Both the position numbers and the translations under genes were made by a program. Of a stretch of DNA of 64,000 nucleotides, positions 51,901 to 61,672 are shown one piece after another; the first letter of the stretch is position 1, and every line of letters starts with the position of its first letter. Under the pieces are notes generated by a model, which ran no database searches, was not told the origin of the DNA, and was given only the letters and a program-made list of their open reading frames with translations. The stretch comes from Hemiscyllium ocellatum (Eukaryota): assembly GCF_020745735.1 (NCBI RefSeq), contig NC_083403.1, positions 66,683,003-66,747,002 on the forward strand, given 5' to 3'.

Positions 51901-52812
51901 ATGTCATCTTAGAATGCTGATGTTGTTCTTTCAACTATTGAATTTTAAAATGATTAGAAGCAGGTGAAGGGCACAGGTAATTCCCGGTAACCAATTCTGG
52001 GGATCTTAACTGACTTGTGAGGGACCTGTATTTTCAGCACCACAATAGTCATGGCTTTTTGAGGTAAGGCCAAACTAATTTGTGCAAGTCCTTCCAGTGT
52101 TTGAGGTAAACTAGAACTGGAACAATGTTGTCATGAACTTAACCTTGTCCTTCATAACCAGTTTACATTCACAGGGTCATTAACCTGATTCATTAATTCT
52201 GGGTGGAATTTTCCCTGGTGGTTGTGAGCACTGATGAGAAATTTAGGGGACTACGATAAGAATGAAAATATCTGATTCTCAACGTCAAGAAACTTTTTTC
52301 CAATTTTTCCCTCACGCCTAAAGTGGTAACATCTGAATCTCACCACTGAGCAGTGACTATAATACTTCCATGCATTTACATCTCACTAAAGTGCCAGCTC
52401 ACCTCATTCTATGCCATTTCTCCTTTCATTCACCGAGAAAATAGATGACGCAAATTCCTGAGATGTATACCAGACTAGGTACCTGGTGGCAGCAGTTTTT
52501 TGTGATGCTTGTCCTGGCCATTGGGTAACTGTTCCTTCTCAACAAAGTTGCTGCACGCTCCATGGTTACCTGCTTCCTCAAACTCTCACCCACACCAGTC
52601 TGCATCAACAAACACCAAGTCTCGCCACATCATCACGCCTGCTGGGGAACCACATCTGAAACCACCTCAGACTTTTAACATTTTACTTTGGAGCTGAGGT
52701 AACTTATGACGTGCAAGCTTCTGCCAGGTTGCTTTGTGCACAGGGTTACACATGTATCTTATGCACCTGCTCAGAATGCAGCTTACGGCTCTTAGTCTTC
52801 TAGGTAAAAAGC

Positions 52813-52910
52813 CATTCCTGATGAAGGGCTTTTGCCAGAAGCGTCAATTTTCCAGCTCTTTGGATGCTGCCTGACCTTCTGTGCTTTTCCAGCACCACTC
52901 TAATCCGGAC
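52813..52910 (+). mobile_element. Solo family-A PLE end with decayed hammerhead
   Basis: cattc CTGATGA agggcttttgcca GAAG cgtc...gatgctgcctgacc. Confidence 0.8.
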
Positions 52911-54171
52911 TGCTATCTTAGTCCTCGTGCAATTTAGCAGCTACTTGGTGGCTGTCAGGCTCTGTGTAATTCACATTTCTATCTGAGCATACGTTCACTG
53001 ACTTCAGCACTGACCTACAGAATGCCAGACGCTATATGGGTCACATTGCTTTCTTCGCACACTTTCAGGGTCTTCAGTGCTCAGTGAAAGGATGCCAGCC
53101 TCTGTGGCTTATGTTAATTTCGAATACAGAATGTAAATATTGGGTCTTTTTTATTTTTGTGGTCTTTAAAATTGTGAAGAAGAAGAATTGTTATAAACCA
53201 GTATTTTAAAGAATTACTGCATGACACTTATGGCAGGGATCATGCAAACAACTATTTGGGGAAGTAGTAATTGAAGTTTGGGTTGTGGGCGATCTGGAGT
53301 ATAGGTATATCTAAGTGGCAATAAGAAATTGATTGGTCTAAGGACTAGTAACCGGTGATAGATGTCAAAAGCTTTTACTTGCTACCAACTATGTAATGGT
53401 TTCACACACTGAACAGCTTGGGGTTGAGAAGAAGACACAGAGAGAAGTGATTTGATCTCCACCACTTTCTTTGGTCACTGCAGTCAAAACCCACTTCAAA
53501 CATGAAGAAAGCTAGGGTCCACCTTTCCTTCAGCAGTTGTTGTAAGCTGTGACTTTTAGCTGATAAATCAGATGCCTTTTATAAGTGAACCAGCCAACTT
53601 ATTTGTCATGTATCTGAAAAAAAGACGACTGATGGTTCTGATCATCATATGAATCACCTCAAGAATCCATGAATGGGAACCACTGGATTGCCTCACAACT
53701 TTCCTCTGCCCATAATCTATTTTGCCCTATTTGTTTGTCTGTCTGTCTATATATGTGTAAGGCAGAGTTTATAAAGGGATTAGAGTTTTAGTTTCTTGCA
53801 TGTCAAGGTTTATGACTGTGAGAAATGGTCCCAGCCACAGCAGAAGTTGTTGTCACTGCTGCTGTGATGGAGAGAAATTGCAGAGTAACAGATGCACGAG
53901 CAAACCCAGGATCAGCAGCAAACTCCAGTGACTGCTGAACAACCTCCATTCGAAGAGCTTGCAGCTGCAGGTCCTATCAGGATGTGGAAGAAATACAGGA
54001 GGCCTTGATGCTATTTCCTCCAGATGAGCAAGGCACTGTGTTGTTGCAGCCTGAGGATTTCCTGGGACTCTGCCTCAGAACTTTTCCAACTGCTGGAATG
54101 TAACCTAAAGGGGTGTGTGGATAGTCCACCACAGTGTCATTAAAGGTGACAGCTGACTAAATCTGTAAACA

Positions 54172-55406
54172 GCTGAAAACAGCTACCTGGACTACACCTC
54201 CTCCCACCCTGCCCCCTGCAAAAACTCCATCCCATATTCCCAATTCCTTCGTCTCCACCGCATCTGCTCCCAGGAGGACCAGTTTCAACACCGCACAGCC
54301 CAGATGGCCTCCTTCTTCAAGGACCGCAGATTCCCCCCAGACGTGGTCGACGATGCCCTCCACCGCATCTCCTCCACTTCCCGCTCCTCCGCCCTTGAGC
54401 CCCGCTCCTCCGCCCTTGAGCCCCGCTCCTCCAACCGCCACCAAGACAGAACCCCACTGGTTCTCACCTACCACCCCACCAACCTCCGCATACAACGTAT
54501 CATCCGCCGTCATTTCCGCCACCTCCAAACGGACCCCACCACCAAGGATATATTTCCCTCCCCTCCCCTATCAGCGTTCCGCAAGGACCACTCCCTTCGT
54601 GACTCCCTCGTCAGATCCACACCCCCCACCAACCCAACCTCCACTCCCGGCACCTTCCCCTGGAACCGCAGGAAATGTAAAACTTGCGCCCACACCTCCA
54701 CACTCACTTCCCTCCAAGGCCCCAAGGGATCCTTCCATATCCGCCACAAGTTCACCTGTACCTCCACACACATCATCTATTGCATCCGCTGCACCCGATG
54801 TGGCCTCCTCTATATTGGGGAGACAGGCCGCTTACTTGCGGAACGCTTCAGAGAACACCTCTGAGCCGCCCGGACCAACCAACCCAACCACCCTGTGGCT
54901 CAACACTTTAACTCTCCCTCCCACTCCACCGAGGACATGCAGGTCCTTGGACTCCTCCACCGGCAGAACATAACAACATGACGGCTGGAGGAGGAGCGCC
55001 TCATCTTCCGCCTGGGAACCCTCCAACCACAAGGTATGAATTCAGATTTCTCCAGTTTCCTCATTTCCCCTCCCCCCACCTTGTCTCAGTCGGTTCCCTC
55101 AACTCAGCACAGCCCTCCTAACCTGCAATCTCCTTACTGACCTCTCCGCCCCCACCCCACTCCGGCCTATCACCCTCACCTTGACCTCCTTCCACCTATC
55201 ACATCTCCATCGCCCCTCGCCCAAGTCCCTCCTCCCTACCTTTTATCTTAGCCTGCTTGGCTACTCTCTCTCATTCCTGATGAAGGGCTTATGCTCGAAA
55301 CGTCGAATTCCCTATTCCTGAGATGCTGCCTAACCTGCTGTGCTTTAACCAGCAACACATTTTCAGCTGTGATCTCCAGCATCTGCAGACCTCTTTTTTT
55401 TACTCG
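54172..55406 (+). mobile_element. Penelope-like retroelement, Neptune-type, 5'-truncated, with 14-bp TSD
   Basis: Cys linker plus GIY-YIG ORF at 54304-54864 (premature stops follow). TSD taaatctgtaaaca at 54158-54171 and 55407-55420. Confidence 0.95.
55273..55308 (+). ncRNA. Minimal type I hammerhead ribozyme, family A (intact)
   Basis: attc|CTGATGA|a|gggc-ttat-gctc|GAAA|cg|tc|gaat. Palindromic ACGT stem III and GUC triplet. Confidence 0.85.
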
Positions 55407-55624
55407 TAAATCTGTAAACAACTGGCTGCTTCTACGGATCCTTTGGAGACCTGTGTAGGAACTCTCAATTCTCAGCCCACAAATGGATCAAGGCTGTTAC
55501 CAATACAATGCCAGATCATAGCACTCCATCTTATTTCCTCATGATACGGTCTGTGTTGCAGTCTGGGCTGTTTGTTTTGCCAACATAGCTGACTTCACCC
55601 AGTGTTAGGGCACCACTGTACACT

Positions 55625-56270
55625 TAGAGTCATAGAGCCATAGAAATGTATAGCACGGAAACAGACTCTTCAGTACAAATTGTCCATGCCAACCAGACAT
55701 CCCAACCCAAACTAGTCACACTTGCCAGCACCTGGCCCCTATTCATACACCCATCCAGATGTTTTAAATGTCGCAATTGTATGCGCCTTCACCAGTTCAA
55801 TGTATCTATGTAACTGCGACTTTACCCCTTCCTATAACTGCCATCCATCACATCACCTTGCTCTTGGAAATTCCTCATTGCCTCTAACTGTCTCTGCATC
55901 CGATCTATTTAATCTGAAAGGATTCGCAACCAACAGTATTTATTGCGGATATAATCTGCAGTAACCCGTAAACTCTCCCTAAACTCCCACATCCGACAAG
56001 AAGATATCACTCTACTAAAGGCCATTTTTGCTTCTTTCAATTGGCAGACCCAGAAAATAGCATTGCCTTATTCATCTACAAAACACTGCTCCAGGTTAAA
56101 TTAATACTTACGGCTTATATTTTAAGTTTAATCAAGAGACATATCTCAATAAAACATATAGGCAAGAAAGAACCAACTCTACTTACTACTGCAGACTGAT
56201 TGTAAGGCCACGCTTAAAATCCACTTATCTGTTTCTGTGCTGTGACCTCTCCCAAACAGGTTCCTCCAAG
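55625..56270 (-). mobile_element. Internally deleted CR1: 5'UTR + ORF1 N-terminus joined to 3' end
   Basis: 55800-56215 is homologous to 45190-45620 (ORF1 ATG at 56025). 55625-55795 is a HER1-type 3' end. Confidence 0.8.
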
Positions 56271-56364
56271 AAAGACACAGAATCTATAGCAAAAGATCAC
56301 AGTATCATGTAATTAAGATGATATATTGAACAAACCTAGATAGCTGTTAAGTCTTTCATCTTTT

Positions 56365-57540
56365 AACATAGAACATAGAACATTACAGCGCAGTACAGGC
56401 CCTTTGGCCCTCGATGTTGCGCCGACCTGTTATACCAATCTGAAGCTCATCTAATCTACACAATTCCATGTACGTCCATATGCTTGTCCGAGGACGACTT
56501 AAATGTACTTAAAGTTGGCGAATCTACTACCATTGCAGGCAAAGCCTTCCATACCTTTACTACTCTCTGAGTAAAGAGACTACCTCTGACATCTGTCCTA
56601 TATGTATCACCCCTCAATATAAAGCTATGCCCCCTTGTGCTTACCGTCATCATTCTTGGAAAAATGCTCTTCCTATCCACCCTATCTAACCCTCTGATTA
56701 TCTTACATGTCTCTATTAAGTCACCTCTCAATCTTCTCCTCTCTAATGAAAACAGCCTCAAGTCCCTCAGCCTTTCCTCGTAAGAGCTTCCCTCCATACC
56801 AGGCAACATCCTAGTAAATCTCCTCTGCACCCTTTCCAAAGCTTCCACATCCTTCTCATAATGCTGTGACCAGAACTGTACTTAATACTCCAAGTGCAGC
56901 CGCACTAGAGTTTTGTACAGCTGTAGCATAACCTCATTGTTCCGGAACTCAGTCCCTGGATTAATAAAAGCTAAAACACTATATGCCTTCTTAACAACCC
57001 TGTCAACCTGGGTGGCAATTTTCAAGTATCTGTGTACCTGGATACCAAGATCTCTCTGCTCATCTACACTACCAAGAATCTTACCATTAGCCCAATACTT
57101 TGCATTCCGATAACTCCAACCAAAGTGAATCACCTCATGCTTGTCCGCATTAAATTCCATTTGCCACCTCTCAGCCCAGCTCTGCAACTTATCTATGTCT
57201 CTCTGTAACCTACGACATCCTTCATCACTATCCACAACTCCACCGACCTTAGTGTCTTCTGCAAATTTACTAACCCACCCTTCTACGCCCTCATCTAGGT
57301 CATTTATAAAAATGACGAACAGCAGTGGACCCAACACCGACCTTTGTGGTACCCCATTGGTAACTGGACTCCAGGATGAACATTTCCCATCAACCACCAC
57401 CCTCTGTCTTCTTTCAGCAAGCCAATTACATCCAAACTGATATATCTCCCACAATCCCATTCCTCCACATTTTGTACAATAGCCTTCTGTGGGGAACCTT
57501 ATCGAACGCCTTGCTGAAATCCATATACACCACACCAACC
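56365..57540 (-). mobile_element. CR1 LINE RT fragment with (CATAGAA)n tail
   Basis: GVPQRSVLGPLLFVIFINDLD...SKFAEDTKVGG...WQMEFN...LERVQRRFTRMLPG. Confidence 0.93.
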
Positions 57541-57589
57541 ATTTTAGTCTCACCTACCTACCACTTTAGAGTGGATTGCAGGTTTCAGA

Positions 57590-57712
57590 ACTGGAATTCT
57601 GTGTCTTATGGTCCTGCTCCACAGCTACCTGATGAAGGAGCTGCACTCTGAAACCTAATACTTCCAAATAAACCTGTTGGACCATGACCTGGTGTTGTGT
57701 GATTTTTAACCT
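57590..57712 (+). mobile_element. Solo family-B PLE end with decayed hammerhead
   Basis: acCTGATGAaggagctgcactctGAAAcctaatac...cctggtgttgtgtgatttttaac. Confidence 0.8.
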
Positions 57713-58220
57713 TGGGCAAATAGGCCCACAGCTGACACTCTATTGCAAATACAGTTGCTCATTTGTAAATATATTTACATGCCTGATTTATAGTCTGAGT
57801 ATCTGCCATTAAATAAGTGCCAAGTTACACAGATTATTAGTGTTTAGTGTCATTCCATCTTAGAACACTGTGTGGGAGAGCTACCATTTCAGAATCACAC
57901 AGTGAAGGATAATATCTTCTGTTTGCACTCAAGTTGTGCCTAACCCTATATATACCAGTCTATCATGCAGAAGGTTATGTTCCTCCTGCTCAAAGTCCTC
58001 ATCTTCCTGCCCAGATGACTCTCCCAGCTCTTCCACATCTATCCTTTCCCCTCTTTTTCTGTTCCACTTCTGCACAGCATAGCATTCTACAGCACGCTGT
58101 GTCTGGAGTGCACTTCAAGGACCCCAAATCAATCCAAGCAGCAGAACCTTATCCTCAGGAAATCTGTCAATTGCACCAGGGAGGCATTGGTTGAAGCGTG
58201 GGCTGCCAATCTCCGCGTAT

Positions 58221-58658
58221 CTCCGCTCAGTTTGAGTCAGGGGGATGGTTAATGTATCATCAGCCATTGTTATAGAACACAGTAACTATAGTAATCAGTC
58301 CACAATCTGAAGCATGAACATGAGAGTGATCAAGGATATTGTCATGGCAGCTCTCAAGGTATCAAGCCCAGAATATTAAGGTGTGGTAACAATGGTCACA
58401 GATTACATGTACATTGATGGATGATTTCTCTGTTGATGAAGTCAGCTGCTGTGTGATAAGGTGCTCTTAATATGTGATCATTGTTACCATATCTTAGTAG
58501 TGCGGGCCTGATATCCTGAGAGCTGCCACGACTATATCCTTGATAACTGTCATGTTCATGCTTCATTTTGAGTGCTGTACATTTTGCAAGGATGGTTGCT
58601 GTGCTCCATAACAATGGCTGATGATACAGTAAGCATCCTCGATTCAAACTGAGTGGAG
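58221..58658. repeat. Fold-back / MITE-like long inverted repeat
   Basis: Arms ~58221-58405 and ~58470-58658, e.g. tgaagcatgaacatga/tcatgttcatgcttca and tgtatcatcagccattgttat/ataacaatggctgatgataca. Spacer ~60 bp. Confidence 0.85.
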
Positions 58659-59632
58659 TGCCACAAGGATTGGTGCTGAGTCCAAAACTTCTCATCATTT
58701 ACATAAACGATTTGGAAGTGAACATAACAGGTACAGTTAGTAAGTTTGCAGATGACACCAACGTTGGAGGTGCAGTGGACAGCGAAGAAGGTTACCTTAG
58801 ATTACAATGGAATCTTCATCAGTTGGGCCAATGGGCTGAGGAGTGGCAGATGGAGTTTAATTTAGATAAATGTGAGGTGTTGCATTTTGGGAAAACAAAT
58901 CTTAGCAGGACAAATACACTTAATGGTAAGGTCCTAGGGAGTGTTGCTGAACAAAGAGACCTTGGAGTGCAGGTTCATAGCTCCTTGAAAGTGGAGTCAC
59001 AGGTAGATAGGATAGTGAAGAAGGTATTTGGTATGCTTTCCTTTATTGGTCTGAGTATTGAGTACAGGAGATGGGAGGTCATGTTGCGGCCGTGCAGGAC
59101 ATTGGTAGCCACTGTTGGAATATTGCATGAAATTCTGGTCTCCTTCCTATTGGAAAGATGTTGTGAAACTTGAAATGGTTCAGAAAAGATTTACAAGAAT
59201 ATTGCCAGGGTTGGAGGATTTGAGCTACAGGGAGAGGCTGAACAGGCTGGGGCTGTTTTCCCTGGAGGTTGGAGGCTGAGGGGTGACCTCATAGAGGTTT
59301 ACAAAATTATGAGGGGCATGGATAGTGTAAATAGACCAGAACTAGAGGGCATAGGTTTAGGGTGAGAGGGGAAAGATATAAAAGAGATCTACGGGGCAAC
59401 CTTTTCATGCAGAGGGTGGTACATGTATGGAATGAGCTGCCAGAGGAAGTGGTGGAGGCTGGTAGAATTGCAATATTTAAAAGGCATCTGGATGGATATA
59501 TGAATAGGAAGGGTTTGCAGGGAAATGGACCATTTGCTGGCAGATGGGACTAGATTGGGTTGGAATATCTGGTCTGCATGAAAGAGTTGGACAGAAGGGT
59601 CTGTTTCTGTGCTGTACATCTCTGTGACTCTA
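58652..59632 (+). mobile_element. HER1/CR1-type LINE RT fragment
   Basis: PQGLVL...YINDL...SKFADDT...WQMEFNLDKCEVLHFG, with the 3' end at 59632. Confidence 0.93.
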
Positions 59633-59633
59633 T

Positions 59634-59768
59634 TATGATCCTGCCCCACTTGTTGCCTGATGAAGGAGCAGTGCTCTGAAAGCTAGTACTTCCTTTGGAC
59701 TATAATCTGGTGTAGTGTGTTTTTTAACTTTGTCCACCCCAATCCAACACTGACATCTCCACATCATG
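59634..59768 (+). mobile_element. Solo family-B PLE end with near-intact hammerhead core
   Basis: gcCTGATGAaggagcagtgctctGAAAgctagtac...ccaacactgacatctccacatc. Confidence 0.8.
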
Positions 59769-61483
59769 GCTATTTGCCCTAAGCAGCTTTCCTTTTGGTA
59801 TCCCTCCCACTGTGAGTACTGTGAATGGCCAGCTCCTGGCTAGCAACATTTGATCTGGTGTTTGGCTGGGTTTGAAAACTGGCACTGTTACTGTGAATCC
59901 TGGAAGGTCCCGAAATGGTGATCGTGTCTGAGCGGAATATAACATGATCGGGATGTCATGGAGATATTATGCATAACTAAAGAGGCCATAGTGTGGGAAA
60001 ATGCATTAGTGCTCAGAAAAAGAAATCTTCCAGGAAAATCACCTGATTTTAGCTGATTTCTGGTAAAGTTCAGGTGTAAGGCAATTGTAAGATGTACACC
60101 CGGTTCAAGACACCAGCCACTACACATTAAACAATCCTGGGGCTTTCCTCCTGTGATATTTGGGCACTACATGAGTTGGGGTACAGCACCCCTGCTAATG
60201 ATATTTGGTTTAATTTTGATAAGTTTCTGATGTGAATTCACATTAGTCCTTTCATTATGTTTTGTTACAGAGCACCAGCAGAGGCTGCTTAAACTGCTCA
60301 CTGTTTATTCAAAAGGGGATAGTGGCATTAACTATGCAAACACATGTTGGAAGGAGGCAGGATTGCATGGTCAGATGATAGGATAGCACGTCGTACAAGA
60401 TGGGGACATGGAAAGCCTGTCTATTTACACATCAAGGCCTAATTTGTGAATCTTTTCAGGGTTTCTTTGTGAGGGCTACAGGAGAACTCTAGCTGCTTGT
60501 GCAGAGCTGACAAGGAATTCCGAGACAGGCAAATTTACCAGATTTTCCTCAGCCTTACATTGCTCACTGTGTTGCTGCTGTTGAGAAATAAATAGAGTAA
60601 GGCACCTTATGTGTTGAAACAAAAAATGACATTGTGCCACTGATGATGTTTTCAGGCTGCAGTTCATGAATTCAGGAAGTGCCTCCCCACCCTTACCTGG
60701 GAACCTCGCCCAGGCCTGAAACCTTTACACTTGTTTCAATGCTGTAGCTTGGAGGTGGAAACTGCATATTTTGGATTTAACACCTTGAACAATACTGCTT
60801 GAGTTAAAATAAGGTCTTCCTCTCTGCCTGAATTCTCATAATGCAAATGAGACTGTCACTCAGCTGCGTGATGTACTCAGAATTATATACTTATCTTGGG
60901 AGCAAACATTTGGATGAAGCCCTGTTGCTTTTGTTCTTGCTCTTCTTAAAAAAATCTTCCTAAAATGAAGTATGAGGAAGTAGTAATACAGTTTGGATAA
61001 TTCCCAAAGCTTTCGTTATGCTTTCAATTTGTGACTTTTGTCTGTTTGAAAGGCCTAGGGGTCCATGTGGACTCCTAAACCTATCATTGTCAACTGTATG
61101 AGCCAACTCAGCAAAGGTTAACCCATCACACATCAGCCCTTTTCACTTCCTTTTATGGTTGAGAGGCAACATGCTGGATTTTGCTATTTGTTCTATCTCT
61201 TTTGCTGCTTATTAAAGGAAAATTGGTAAATCAAACCTCCTGTGCATCTATAGTAAGAATAGATAGTAAACAATGTTTTCATCAAACATCAAAATAAGAT
61301 AAAATGTGCAGTGATTTTTGAGGTGGTTTTATTGGCTAAAATAATGTTCATTCATGCACAATATAACATAAATGGAATATTTTTTGGTTTAAGTGTTTGC
61401 CTGATGCACCACTGCTATGAAGCACATTATTTCAAGTGTGTTGATAGCTAATATGATTAGTGACAAAAAAGGTCACTTGAAAC

Positions 61484-61672
61484 TATAGGAAAGATGTTGT
61501 TAAACTGGAAAGGGTTCAGAGAAGATTTACAAGGATGTTGCTGGGATTGGAGAGTTTGAGCTATAAGGAGAGGCTGAATAGATTGGGGCTTTGAATCCTG
61601 GAGCGTTGGAGGATGAGGGGATATCTGGTTGGCGTGGATGAGTTGGACCAAAGATGCTGTACATCTCTATGG
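61484..61672 (+). mobile_element. Short internally deleted HER1/CR1 fragment
   Basis: aggaaagatgttgttaaactggaaagggttcag... joined to the 3' end gctgtacatctctatg. Confidence 0.8.

Noticed and set aside
60271-60390. Good plus-strand acceptor (ttatgttttgttacag) followed by a short open frame
   Set aside because: A stop occurs within ~40 codons, there is no clear donor, and I recognise no homology.
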